Shown piece after piece: positions 18,933 to 27,863 of a DNA stretch of 45,128 bases (the stretch's first letter is position 1; the number at the start of each line of letters is the position of its first letter). The translations under genes were made by a program, and so were the position numbers. Location: positions 1 through 45,128 of the IMG/VR virus record IMGVR_UViG_3300009678_000021; one strand, 5' to 3'. The DNA comes from a virus. Taxonomy: Duplodnaviria; Caudoviricetes. Under the pieces are notes generated by a model. The model did not search any database, was not told the origin of the DNA, and saw nothing but the letters and a program-made list of their open reading frames with translations.

Positions 18933-19190
18933 TTATAGTTTCCTTTCACTGTTTCGGACAGCCGGAGACTCCGGCTTTAGCCGGACGGACTTGATGTCGG
19001 CATTGAAAACCTCTTCGCCGTCCTCGTTGTAAAAGCCCATCCATGTCCAATCGTCATCTTCGCCGTCGGAAAGTTGGCCGTAAAACAGCGATACGGTATC
19101 ACCGTTCTCCAGCAGGGCCAGAACTGCATCGCCTTCGTCAAACAGCGTGTCAGCAATTACATCAATCGGGTCAAACCAAGTTTCAGTCAT
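18933..19190 (-). CDS. Hypothetical acidic protein
   Basis: GAGG RBS before ATG 19190; very Asp/Glu rich. Confidence 0.65.
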   Translation of the reverse strand: MTETWFDPIDVIADTLFDEGDAVLALLENGDTVSLFYGQLSDGEDDDWTWMGFYNEDGEEVFNADIKSVRLKPESPAVRNSERKL

Positions 19191-19380
19191 TTTGCCCTCG
19201 CGGACTTCGCACAAGTTCGCGACGCTCCTTTGCCTTCTCGACATAAGGCTGCCGCGCAAGAAACCGCACAAACTTGCTCAGGTTGATCGGCCCATCAGTC
19301 CACAGGTCGCCGCTTGACCTATAAACGCGATTGTCCGGCGCCGCTTCGCGTGCCGCCTGCATGATTGCTGCTTCGCTCAT
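19183..19380 (-). CDS. Hypothetical early protein
   Basis: ATGA coupling to upstream gene. Confidence 0.5.
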   Translation of the reverse strand: MSEAAIMQAAREAAPDNRVYRSSGDLWTDGPINLSKFVRFLARQPYVEKAKERRELVRSPRGQND

Positions 19381-19550
19381 TTGCTGTTTCCATCAGGGCG
19401 CGTGAGCGCGCCTGGGTAGGCGCATCCGTTGTCGCATTCATGCCCATCACAGCCTGGGCACCTCGATCTCTGCGATTGAGCGGCCTCCAGCCGGGCAATT
19501 CTGGCACGCAGTTCGTTGATCTGGTTCTGTTGGTCGGGAAGGGATTCCAT
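19377..19550 (-). CDS. Hypothetical 57 aa protein, coiled coil plus Cys cluster
   Basis: Translated by hand: MESLPDQQNQINELRARIARLE...CPGCDGHECDNGC; GGAG RBS. Confidence 0.55.
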   Translation of the reverse strand: MESLPDQQNQINELRARIARLEAAQSQRSRCPGCDGHECDNGCAYPGALTRPDGNSK

Positions 19551-19580
19551 CGCTATTTCTCCGTCTGTTCGGGGCGCGTA

Positions 19581-19835
19581 TCAGCAAATGACATCGCGCA
19601 ACGCATCCTCCAACCCCCTGATATGCTCTGCCACCTCGTTATAAGTCCGCTCGCCGAGGATGGATTTGTAGGCCGCTTCATTGGATTCGAGTTCGGAGAT
19701 GCGGACTTTGAGGGTGGCGATTTCGGCCGCCGCCAGAAGATCAAGGTCTGACGGCGGCGGCCACATCAGGTCGGAATCGACACGGTGGCGCTCGCGCAGC
19801 CGTTCCTCGATTGTGGGTTGGGATTGTCCATTCAT
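19581..19835 (-). CDS. Hypothetical coiled-coil protein
   Basis: ATGA coupling to HNH gene; IEERLR...AAAEIATLKVRISELE. Confidence 0.6.
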   Translation of the reverse strand: MNGQSQPTIEERLRERHRVDSDLMWPPPSDLDLLAAAEIATLKVRISELESNEAAYKSILGERTYNEVAEHIRGLEDALRDVIC

Positions 19836-20209
19836 CGTTCTCTACCCGCTTCTCGAATGGAGCCGTCAAATCGGCGCCAGCGCGTCATTGTTCGCGGCTT
19901 CTTGATGCCAAGATGCTTCTTGCGCTTGCGGGCCGTTAACGATTTTTCGGCGACGTCTGCCTTGGTCTTTTCGCGGTGCGGAGCCTTCAGCGCTGGCGCC
20001 AAGTTGCTTTCGCGATGCTCGCCACCATTAGCGAGAGCAACAACATGATCGCAGTCCCAGGCTTCACCCGCCCGGATTCGGCGACCTGTAAGATGGCAGC
20101 GCCCGCCGTTCCGATCAAAAACCCTAACCCTAACGCGAGGAGGGATTGCTTGGTTATCATGCTTTGAGATCCATTCCGGTACTGATCTAGTCATGGAACA
20201 CCACCCCAT
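19832..20209 (-). CDS. HNH endonuclease
   Basis: WDCDHVVALANGGEHRESNL...HREKT; real start probably MTRSV. Confidence 0.85.
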   Translation of the reverse strand: MGWCSMTRSVPEWISKHDNQAIPPRVRVRVFDRNGGRCHLTGRRIRAGEAWDCDHVVALANGGEHRESNLAPALKAPHREKTKADVAEKSLTARKRKKHLGIKKPRTMTRWRRFDGSIREAGRER

Positions 20210-20567
20210 GGTTCGCGCCGAATTGCTCGATCAGCGTGATAAGGTCGGCCATCTCGCTCTTGCTCAAGTCGGATGACGACTGGCCAACAACGACAACCCC
20301 TCTGCCGTCCAAGTTTGGAACCATACGCAGTTCACGCTTGAGTGCATTTATAAATATCATCTTCCAGTCATCGGCCGACAGTTTGTCTCCATACCAAGTG
20401 ACTTGGGTGGCAACCTCGGTCAGCATTGCCCACATCTTGTCGTTCTGCTGCAACGAGCGACTAGGCCCCTTGAAGTCAACCCGCGTGCCGTCCGGCAGCT
20501 CTGCGACCCAACGGGCAGCTCTCTCGCGGATCTCGGGGGATACAAGGACAAGCGTTGCGCGGGCCAT
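20187..20567 (-). CDS. ninB: NinB/Orf family recombination protein
   Basis: RSLQQNDKMWAMLTEVATQV...LSADDWK...SSSDLSKSEMADLI. Confidence 0.88.
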   Translation of the reverse strand: MARATLVLVSPEIRERAARWVAELPDGTRVDFKGPSRSLQQNDKMWAMLTEVATQVTWYGDKLSADDWKMIFINALKRELRMVPNLDGRGVVVVGQSSSDLSKSEMADLITLIEQFGANHGVVFHD

Positions 20568-20779
20568 CAGGCAGCTTTCTCTTTTGAGGTCGGATATTTT
20601 ACGCCGCAGAACGGGCAGCAGCTCGCGAAAATCATTTTCGGCTTGCCGCGCTTCTTCGCGTCAATCTTCATCGTCAGAATAAACGGTGGCCGAACGCCGC
20701 TGCTTGTCCATATCGGCAATTCAATTTTCGTGTTGAACTGTGCCAGATGTTCGTTTGCGGTTTTGATGCAATAGCACAT
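20567..20779 (-). CDS. Hypothetical Cys-rich Zn-binding protein
   Basis: MCYC...CPFCG; TGATG coupling on both sides. Confidence 0.7.
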   Translation of the reverse strand: MCYCIKTANEHLAQFNTKIELPIWTSSGVRPPFILTMKIDAKKRGKPKMIFASCCPFCGVKYPTSKEKAA

Positions 20780-21414
20780 CACGCAGCATCCTTCTCGCCA
20801 TAGAGGCTGTTCAACTCGGACAGCTTCACTGCCATTTCCAGCAGGAACGCGGCGATCTCGGCCTCCAGCTCGGCAATCCGCTTGTTGTCGCGGGGTAGGC
20901 GCTTGACGAACAGGCGCATGTTCTCGGGCATCCGGGGATCGTATGAAACGAAATCGGACCATTTGCGGCCCGTGCAGGCCATCTGAAACTGCATCTGGTC
21001 GACATACTTTGCGGGTACTGATCGGACTAGAAGCGTCTCCAAATGTGTCGCGGTATTGGGGCATTTGATCTCGACCATGAATTCATCGCCAATCAAGCCA
21101 TCCGGGGAACACCCAGCTTGGTCGATCTTAGGGTGCGGAACAAACGCAACTTCCTTGACCGTTACCCCTTGGTAAAACTCATAGGCGGCGCGGGCTTCGG
21201 GCTCGGTCTCTGTGCCGTGCCGCATCGCGGCGTCGGTGTATGACTCCGCTACCGTGCCGGTCAGGCGCTCGGCAATGAGCTGGGCCATGTAGTTGGCGCG
21301 GCTGGCGCCATATCCAGTCTTGGTCCGGGCAACCACGTCAGCGACGCGGGAGGACGTGACCTTGCCACGGCGCAGTTCTTTCCACTCGTCTGAGCCTTGG
21401 ATGATGTCGCTCAT
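20779..21414 (-). CDS. Lambda-type exonuclease (YqaJ-like)
   Basis: QGSDEWKELRRGKVTSS, CSPDGL, VEIKCP, YVDQMQFQM. Confidence 0.92.
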   Translation of the reverse strand: MSDIIQGSDEWKELRRGKVTSSRVADVVARTKTGYGASRANYMAQLIAERLTGTVAESYTDAAMRHGTETEPEARAAYEFYQGVTVKEVAFVPHPKIDQAGCSPDGLIGDEFMVEIKCPNTATHLETLLVRSVPAKYVDQMQFQMACTGRKWSDFVSYDPRMPENMRLFVKRLPRDNKRIAELEAEIAAFLLEMAVKLSELNSLYGEKDAA

Positions 21415-22169
21415 TTTGCGGCTCCCTTTTTCTTGCCAATGGCGACGAGCGCGCGCTGATATTCCTTTGCGGGCAGGTCTGCGATGGTATCTACCCCAAA
21501 GTAGGTGCAGAAGTTCTCATGGAAGGTTTCGGATACCTCACCGCACTTGTCGGCGATCTCCTTCGCTTGCTGCTCGGTGATCTTGGCGCCGGTATTCTTG
21601 CCGTCGTCGTCGTTCGATGCGGCGAGGCCGAGCGCTGCCTTGAGTGTCATCCGCTGCAAATAGGTCAACGTCGAACCGATAGCCTGGATGCTGTTCTTGT
21701 TTCCGCTGTCATCCCGACCAGCGCATAGCGTGTTTTCCTCGAAATGCCCGTCACGGTGCGATACGATGCAAGTCACAGTAACCGGCTCGTTGGCCGGCGA
21801 GGCCGTCCGGTAGCGATAGGAGAGGCCGTATTTCGCGAGGATCGGGTTGACGACGCGGGCAATCTCGCCCAAGTCCTCGTAGCGGTAGTTTGTTCGGCCC
21901 TTCGGCGATGTAAAATCAACTTCCCGGTTCTTCGTAATGTTCGGAATCTCAGCCTTGGCCGCCGAAATGGCGTTGTCGAAAGCCTTGCGCGATTGATTTA
22001 CCTCCCAACGCTCTTGCAGACCCATGAATTTCTCGATCACGTCGAGGCCGGCGCCGGACTGCACAGCCCGGTTGAGCATGTCCATGGGCGTGACGGCGCG
22101 CGGCTCCATCTGAACGATGCCGCCGGGCTCAGGGATGGTGGGGACTATGTCGAGTTGCTGGGTGGTCAT
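21411..22169 (-). CDS. erf: ERF-family single-strand annealing protein
   Basis: YRYEDL, VSHRDGHFE, QAIGSTLTYLQRMTLKAALGLA..DDDG; adjacent to exonuclease. Confidence 0.88.
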   Translation of the reverse strand: MTTQQLDIVPTIPEPGGIVQMEPRAVTPMDMLNRAVQSGAGLDVIEKFMGLQERWEVNQSRKAFDNAISAAKAEIPNITKNREVDFTSPKGRTNYRYEDLGEIARVVNPILAKYGLSYRYRTASPANEPVTVTCIVSHRDGHFEENTLCAGRDDSGNKNSIQAIGSTLTYLQRMTLKAALGLAASNDDDGKNTGAKITEQQAKEIADKCGEVSETFHENFCTYFGVDTIADLPAKEYQRALVAIGKKKGAAK

Positions 22170-22366
22170 TATGTTGCCTCACAAATAAATCCGCCTACGC
22201 CATCGCAGGCTCGGCAGGGGATGACGTGAGCGCATGGCGGGTCAATAGACCAGCGACTGACGCTTCCCCAGACCTCGATCGCGCCTTCGCCGCAGCACTC
22301 TTCGCAGGTAATGAACACCTCTGGCGGCTGGTGTATATAGTCGGCGATATGATGATGGGCGGTCAT
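22169..22366 (-). CDS. Small DnaJ-like zinc-finger protein
   Basis: CEECCGEG and CRACDGVG. Confidence 0.65.
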   Translation of the reverse strand: MTAHHHIADYIHQPPEVFITCEECCGEGAIEVWGSVSRWSIDPPCAHVIPCRACDGVGGFICEAT

Positions 22367-22800
22367 CTGTTGGCCCCCTTCGGGCGAATGCCGGTGACTT
22401 CGTGGCGCTTGACCTTGGCAATCAAAACCTTGCGGCGCTTTGCGCTTGCATCTTTATTCGTTCCGGTCCTCCCCGTTCGTTTTTCCACCCGAACGTGCCT
22501 ATTCTTCTCAGGCACCCCCAACTTGTACTCACCCGGCTCGAAAGAACCGCCGCGGTCGAAGGCGATGATTTCAGTTCGGAGCGATCTCGGCGTGTGGTAG
22601 CGAACCCATTGTTTGGGGGTCTCGACGTAGACGCGGCCGATGTGAACGCGGGCGCTGACGCAATGCAAATCACGCTTCACGGCACGCGCCGCTGCGCAGC
22701 CTGCCGGGTCCTTGTTTGCGCCGTCTATGGCGTCACGCGCGGTGATATGGATAGAAATGGGCTTGGTCGCGTCTACAACCTTTTTGCCGTTGATTTCCAT
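22363..22800 (-). CDS. Hypothetical basic early protein
   Basis: GGAGG RBS; 145 aa. Confidence 0.7.
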   Translation of the reverse strand: MEINGKKVVDATKPISIHITARDAIDGANKDPAGCAAARAVKRDLHCVSARVHIGRVYVETPKQWVRYHTPRSLRTEIIAFDRGGSFEPGEYKLGVPEKNRHVRVEKRTGRTGTNKDASAKRRKVLIAKVKRHEVTGIRPKGANR

Positions 22801-22827
22801 GTTAATCCTCCATTTTGGTTTAGTGTG

Positions 22828-23064
22828 CTACGCATTTTCCTCGATCAGGGCGGCAAGGTCAGCGATCGCTTCCATCATGGTGCTGCCGACGCCGTTTAGG
22901 CCATCCTCCTCGCCCTCTACCCATGCAACATATTCGCCGGCTCCGTATTCATAGCCCTGACGAAATTCGGTGACGACAGCCAGCCGGTTATCGTCGGCAT
23001 CACGAAAATAGTGGGTCTGTCGGCTGTCCTCCATCTGCTTGGCGCTCGGGACGGTGTGGGTCAT
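22828..23064 (-). CDS. Hypothetical early protein
   Basis: GGAG RBS; ends GVGSTMMEAIADL. Confidence 0.65.
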   Translation of the reverse strand: MTHTVPSAKQMEDSRQTHYFRDADDNRLAVVTEFRQGYEYGAGEYVAWVEGEEDGLNGVGSTMMEAIADLAALIEENA

Positions 23065-23210
23065 TGTGATTTTCTCCAGCCGCGGATGACGCGGGTAATT
23101 TCTTCGTCGGTTGCATCACGCAAGTAAGCTGGGATTTTGTAGCTCACACCGTCGACGACTATGGTTGGTTGTGCTTTGTCGGTTTTCCTCTGCTTGGTGC
23201 TCGGGATCAT
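23061..23210 (-). CDS. Hypothetical first gene of the leftward operon
   Basis: GGAG RBS before ATG 23210. Confidence 0.5.
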   Translation of the reverse strand: MIPSTKQRKTDKAQPTIVVDGVSYKIPAYLRDATDEEITRVIRGWRKSQ

Positions 23211-23235
23211 CTTGCTTCTCCGTTTCGATAGGGGC

Positions 23236-23336
23236 AATGTGCACCTCGCGTACCGGGGCGTCAAGCGGAAATGTGCGCTAACCGTACAAATAATTTTCAA
23301 CAAAGGAATTGACTACCGGTACACATAGCGTACAAT
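23236..23336. promoter_or_regulatory. Divergent early promoters with three GTRC-N7-GTAC operators
   Basis: Rightward TTGACT (23309-14)-16 bp-TACAAT (23331-36); leftward TTGACG (23264-59) with weak -10; operators 23239-53, 23273-87, 23319-33. Confidence 0.7.
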
Positions 23337-23343
23337 GCCCGTT

Positions 23344-23544
23344 ATGCACCTCTCAGATTATATGACGCTCCACAATCTTGATGATGACGCGGTCGCGTTG
23401 CGCATCAAGCGATCGCGGCCGACCGTCAGCCGCATCCGCCGCCGGCTATGCCGCCCCGATTGGGATACCATCGAGGCAATCAGGAAGTTCACAAAGGGCC
23501 AGTCTACTGCTGACGACTACCAGTCACTAGAGGGTGCCGAATGA
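23344..23544 (+). CDS. cro: Cro-like HTH regulator, probably leaderless
   Basis: MHLSDYM...VALRIKRSRPTVSRIRR...RPDWDT...TKGQSTADD; first gene after rightward promoter. Confidence 0.75.
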   Translation: MHLSDYMTLHNLDDDAVALRIKRSRPTVSRIRRRLCRPDWDTIEAIRKFTKGQSTADDYQSLEGAE

Positions 23545-23648
23545 TCTGGATTATCGCTGGCGTCGTGTGGCTTCTGGTGAACCTCGCGCTCGGCATCCTG
23601 ATCGGCAAGGCCATTCATTACGGGATGGGAGGTGTGAACAATGGCTAA
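23541..23648 (+). CDS. Small single-TM peptide
   Basis: Translated by hand: MIWIIAGVVWLLVNLALGILIGKAIHYGMGGVNNG; ATGA coupling. Confidence 0.5.
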   Translation: MIWIIAGVVWLLVNLALGILIGKAIHYGMGGVNNG

Positions 23649-23913
23649 GAGCTATGATCCAGCTTGCTATAAACTGGCAGAACATTTTCTGCGTGACGAG
23701 CCGATCAGCGAGGACTCAACGCCTTACGATTACGCTTACGAGCAGGCGTGTCACGATCTCGCTCTGACCATTCAGCAAGCAGTTGAGGATTGGTTCACGC
23801 CTCCCATGGAGCAACAACAAAACAACGAGGCAAACAATGTCAAACCCAAAAACCCTATGGCCGTCAGCACATTCAGAAATGCTGACCTGCCTGTTGTCGA
23901 CGACACCGTTTAG
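23641..23913 (+). CDS. Hypothetical protein
   Basis: GGAGGT RBS; YDPACYKLAEHFL...LALTIQQAVEDW. Confidence 0.65.
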   Translation: MAKSYDPACYKLAEHFLRDEPISEDSTPYDYAYEQACHDLALTIQQAVEDWFTPPMEQQQNNEANNVKPKNPMAVSTFRNADLPVVDDTV

Positions 23914-24310
23914 TTTTTCCGAGATTGCAGACCTGATTAACAAGGGTCACGGAACATCATACACCCGCTGTGCAATCTCAGGAAGAGCTTCGCGCATTAG
24001 GAACAATGCCCTACCGCAGCTTCCGCCAGAAATACTGGCTCAAAGAAAACTAGACCGCCGCAACAGGACCAACGCCAGGAAGAAAAACGAGAGCTTTGCC
24101 AAGAAGAAGGCTGAACCAAAGGCGCGCCCACCCCATCCCACCCGATCGGAACAGCAGCAGAAGGCAACCCGCGCTTTCCTCAGTTCGTCCGGCATGTCCA
24201 AGACGTCAGCCGGCTACCGCAAGAACTTCCCGAAATGCAATGTCAGTAGGGATGATCTTCGCAATATGCTTGCCGAGGCGGTGCGGAACACGGCGGCTAT
24301 GGATGTATGA
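23837..24310 (+). CDS. GcrA-like HTH protein
   Basis: W....EML..L...FSFSEIADLIN...YTRCAISGRASRI resembles the GcrA N-terminal HTH. Confidence 0.6.
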   Translation: MSNPKTLWPSAHSEMLTCLLSTTPFSFSEIADLINKGHGTSYTRCAISGRASRIRNNALPQLPPEILAQRKLDRRNRTNARKKNESFAKKKAEPKARPPHPTRSEQQQKATRAFLSSSGMSKTSAGYRKNFPKCNVSRDDLRNMLAEAVRNTAAMDV

Positions 24311-24428
24311 TGGGTGACCCGCGAGCTCTTATCGTTCGCCACTCATTTGCAAACCCGTATTGGTGGGGCTGGCTTGAGGTGTACGCCAGTCCATATAAGC
24401 CATACCGCATCATTAAGAGGCGGAACCC

Positions 24429-24944
24429 ATGAAACCCGGCCGCTGGTGGCGAGCGCAGAATTCCTGTGTTGACAACGCCAAACTGATCAAACTGAGCAAC
24501 AAGGAACACCGCAACTGGTTCAACCTGAATTGCGTGGCGAACGAATACGGTGGCGTATTGCCTGATTTTGATACGATTTCTGTCAAACTTCGGATGACAA
24601 AACGTCGAGCTTACGCTGCTGTTGCCGAGCTGGTTGCCAAGAATCTTTTCGACCAGCGCGAGGATGGCAGCTTTGTCCCGCACGACTGGAATCAGTGGCA
24701 ATATCAGACAGATAAGACTGATCAGACCAACGCGGAGCGACAACGGAACTTCCGCAGGCGGCAGAGAGAAGAGATAGCTACATTAAGGGCGTTACGTAAC
24801 GGTGTTACTACTGTTATGGCAAAACGACCAGATACAGATAAGAAGATAACTACTACTAGTCTCTCTGTTGAGAGAGGGCTGGCCAAAGGGAACCTGTCGC
24901 TGAGTGAGGAGGCTCTCGCAGGCATCTCGGGGAGGAAGCAATGA
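24429..24944 (+). CDS. Short phage replication initiator
   Basis: N-terminal wHTH (DNAKLIKLS...PHDWNQWQ), NAERQRNFRRRQ helix, RNGVT linker. Confidence 0.7.
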   Translation: MKPGRWWRAQNSCVDNAKLIKLSNKEHRNWFNLNCVANEYGGVLPDFDTISVKLRMTKRRAYAAVAELVAKNLFDQREDGSFVPHDWNQWQYQTDKTDQTNAERQRNFRRRQREEIATLRALRNGVTTVMAKRPDTDKKITTTSLSVERGLAKGNLSLSEEALAGISGRKQ

Positions 24945-26035
24945 CGGTGGTAATTCGACAGGGCGATTGCCGTGAGATCCTGCGCACGCTGCCAGCGCAA
25001 TCGGTGCATTGTTGCGTGACCTCGCCGCCATATTTTGGTTTGCGGGATTATGGAACGGCGCAATGGGCCGGCGGCGATCTGGAGTGCGATCACAAGCAGG
25101 GCCGACCTGGGGCAGGCAGAGCTGATGGCATAGTGGACGACCGCGCACAACGGAATCGGGACGGTGTCGGATCGATGGGCGGTGATTGCCGCCACTGCGG
25201 AGCCTTGCGGATCGATAGCCAGATCGGGCTGGAGTCAACGCCTGACGCATTCGTGGCGGAAATGGTAGCCGTGTTCCGGGAGGTGCGCCGCGCCCTCCGA
25301 GATGATGGCACGCTTTGGCTGAACCTAGGGGATAGCTATGCTCGGTCGGACAAGAAGGGCGGCAGCGGGTTCGGCGGGAAGAACCAGAAATATCTTGGCG
25401 ACAACTACGAGCGGGCTGTCGCAGATGTGCCACCTGGGCTGAAGCAGAAAGACCTGATTGGCGTGCCGTGGCGCGTTGCTTTCGCCCTACAGGCTGACGG
25501 CTGGTATCTGCGCCAGGACATCATCTGGTCAAAGCCCAACCCGATGCCGGAAAGCGTCACCGACCGTTGCACCAAGGCGCACGAGTATATTTTTTTGATG
25601 AGCAAGCGGGCGCGGTATTACTACAATGCGGCGGCGATCAAGGAAGCGGCCAAATGGGCCGACGACAATCGGGCCGGCGAGGGGCGGTTAACCTATGACG
25701 GGAAACGCCAAGGCGTTGTTGGGACAGGTAATGAGGCTTTCGTAAAAATATCCGATACCCGCAACAAGCGCAGCGTGTGGGAAGTCACCACGCAGGGATA
25801 CGCGGACGCCCACTTTGCGACGTTCCCGCCAGCGCTGGTCGAACCTTGCATCAAGGCTGGCTGTCCCGCCGGCGGCACGGTCCTAGACCCGTTCGGAGGT
25901 GCTGGGACGACTGGCATGGTTGCTGATCGCCAGGGCCGCCACGCGATCCTGATCGAACTAAACCCGGATTATGCCGCTATGGCACAACGCCGGATTGAGG
26001 ACGATGCCGGCATGTTCGCGCAGGTGTCAGCATGA
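24941..26035 (+). CDS. Orphan beta-class N4-C/N6-A DNA methyltransferase
   Basis: Motif IV VTSPPY near N-terminus, motif I VLDPFGGAGTT near C-terminus, HFATFP. Confidence 0.92.
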   Translation: MTVVIRQGDCREILRTLPAQSVHCCVTSPPYFGLRDYGTAQWAGGDLECDHKQGRPGAGRADGIVDDRAQRNRDGVGSMGGDCRHCGALRIDSQIGLESTPDAFVAEMVAVFREVRRALRDDGTLWLNLGDSYARSDKKGGSGFGGKNQKYLGDNYERAVADVPPGLKQKDLIGVPWRVAFALQADGWYLRQDIIWSKPNPMPESVTDRCTKAHEYIFLMSKRARYYYNAAAIKEAAKWADDNRAGEGRLTYDGKRQGVVGTGNEAFVKISDTRNKRSVWEVTTQGYADAHFATFPPALVEPCIKAGCPAGGTVLDPFGGAGTTGMVADRQGRHAILIELNPDYAAMAQRRIEDDAGMFAQVSA

Positions 26036-26334
26036 TCCGCGACCCCTCAGACGGCTCGGTAAGGGAGTCGCAGAAATCAGCCCCGGAACGCGTGACGCCT
26101 CAGAATACCGCTGAGCGTTTGCCAAGCAGTGATGCCGCAATCTCCGGGGCTGATACCTACACATCCGGCCTACGGACCGGCAGCACCAAGCCTGAGAACC
26201 TAGCCCGCCTTGAAAAATCAAGGCAATGGCTGAAAAATTATCACCAACGGAGGAAACAACATGAGACAGATCAACAAGTTGATAGTGTTGGCAATAGCAT
26301 CGGCGGCGTTGTTGACGCCGCCGGCACGAGCTGA
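26032..26334 (+). CDS. Hypothetical protein
   Basis: ATGA coupling; 3' end overlaps next gene. Confidence 0.4.
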   Translation: MIRDPSDGSVRESQKSAPERVTPQNTAERLPSSDAAISGADTYTSGLRTGSTKPENLARLEKSRQWLKNYHQRRKQHETDQQVDSVGNSIGGVVDAAGTS

Positions 26335-26545
26335 CGACATGGCGCTGCACGACCGGCTGGCGCTGTCGTTGCGGGATTATGGCCTATGGCGGGCCGAGCA
26401 CGACCGCAACACGTTCCCGACGAACATGCCGAAGGTCGGCGAGCCCTATGACCCGGTAACCGGCAACGCTATCCGCAGAGCCGGGATATTTCTTGCGCCC
26501 AGCGACCTCGCCAAGATGAACGCCGGCAACTGCATCCTGCGATAG
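26261..26545 (+). CDS. Hypothetical exported protein
   Basis: GGAGG RBS; Sec-type signal MRQINKLIVLAIASAALLTPPARA-D. Confidence 0.65.
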   Translation: MRQINKLIVLAIASAALLTPPARADDMALHDRLALSLRDYGLWRAEHDRNTFPTNMPKVGEPYDPVTGNAIRRAGIFLAPSDLAKMNAGNCILR

Positions 26546-26553
26546 GGGGTCCA

Positions 26554-26742
26554 ATGAGCGATCTTGTCAAATCGTGGCGCCGGCAAATCCAGCGGGCAAA
26601 GATACAAAAGCCGCGGGATGATCAGCGCGTCGAACCGTGCCATTGGAGCAAAACCGGCTGGGCAATCGTCGAGCAGGATGGCTGCTGCACATGCCAGCCA
26701 GCCAAGGCTCCGAAGGGGCAATACGAATGGCTGAAAGAATAA
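26554..26742 (+). CDS. Hypothetical protein
   Basis: GGGGG RBS; Cys-rich. Confidence 0.5.
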   Translation: MSDLVKSWRRQIQRAKIQKPRDDQRVEPCHWSKTGWAIVEQDGCCTCQPAKAPKGQYEWLKE

Positions 26743-26785
26743 CCGCGTCAGATGCCGTTTAAATCAACAGGGGAGGGCGCACAGC

Positions 26786-27355
26786 GTGTCAAAGGCAAGG
26801 GCGTGGAGGAAGACAGGCAAGACGGCAAAGCGCACCAGCGGGCCGCGCTCGCAATCCTCGGCCCTGTCTGAGAGTGCCATGCCAACGCAGGAACGTCTAG
26901 CAAAGGCGGGCGGTGACTTCCAGATAGGCGGCGACGGTGCGCACCGGATTGTGCGGATGCTTGATGCTCCGCTGGAACAGGCGCGCGCGCGGGGGCAACT
27001 GACCGAGACACAATTCCATGTCTTGGCGAAATATCGGCTGCACTGGTTTTTAGGATACCAGTCAGGGAGCCTGCGGGCCGTCGACCTCGACCGTGTGATG
27101 GTATCCGGCCAGCAAGGCGGCGGCGGCGATCAGGTGATCTGGCACCGCGATATGTTTGAAACAGCAGGCCGTGGATTGCTGGCGCTGGAGCGCATGGCGC
27201 TGGCCAGCGTGGTACTTAGTGAACACAACATAACCACGGTGGGCTCTTTCCTCGGCTACAACAGCCCATACCGCGGGCGGCAGGCCGTGCTTGATTCGCT
27301 GCGCAGTGCGTCCGTGAAAATAACGTCAGCATGGCTGGCAATGGAGCACGCTTGA
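26786..27355 (+). CDS. Putative late transcription regulator (DUF6456 / Q-position)
   Basis: PLEQARARGQLTETQF...SLRAVDLDRV; end of early right operon, followed by a TTGACA promoter. Confidence 0.6.
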   Translation: MSKARAWRKTGKTAKRTSGPRSQSSALSESAMPTQERLAKAGGDFQIGGDGAHRIVRMLDAPLEQARARGQLTETQFHVLAKYRLHWFLGYQSGSLRAVDLDRVMVSGQQGGGGDQVIWHRDMFETAGRGLLALERMALASVVLSEHNITTVGSFLGYNSPYRGRQAVLDSLRSASVKITSAWLAMEHA

Positions 27356-27385
27356 CAAAAGGGCGCAGAAGCGCACTCTTCTGAT
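27352..27385 (+). promoter_or_regulatory. Putative late promoter
   Basis: TTGACA at 27352-57, CACTCT -10 candidate, AGAAG/CTTCT inverted repeat. Confidence 0.45.
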
Positions 27386-27412
27386 AAGCGTTACCGCTAT
27401 GCGAGGTCGCTC

Positions 27413-27679
27413 ATGTTCATGATTTTCGACAGGCAGGCCATCAATTTCGATATGGTGACGCGCATGTGCGAAACCGAGTTTGGCGGGGTGGATATCTCAA
27501 CAGTTGAAGACAGCTACCGTGTAGAAGGCGTGACGATTGACCAGATCCTCACCGCGCTAGCAGCTGGACATTGGCATTTTGATGACGGCAGCAAACGCGG
27601 CCAGGTAACCGGCAACGACCCGCAGGCCTTGCACTCCATCGGCAGGCGCATGCCAGACGGCAAAATGAACCAGACCTAA
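27413..27679 (+). CDS. Hypothetical protein
   Basis: GAGGT RBS. Confidence 0.6.
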   Translation: MFMIFDRQAINFDMVTRMCETEFGGVDISTVEDSYRVEGVTIDQILTALAAGHWHFDDGSKRGQVTGNDPQALHSIGRRMPDGKMNQT

Positions 27680-27863
27680 CAAGCGACGGGAGGAAAGAAA
27701 TGAGATTTATGTGGACAACGAGAAGGGTGCTAGCTGTCCTGTGGCTTTACGATCGTCGTGAAATTGAGCTGATGCAAGACCTTGAAACTAAAATCAGGGA
27801 AACCATAGAGGCCACAAAAAATTGGCTTGCGGCCCAAGACCAGACAGCAATCGGGAGGAAGCA

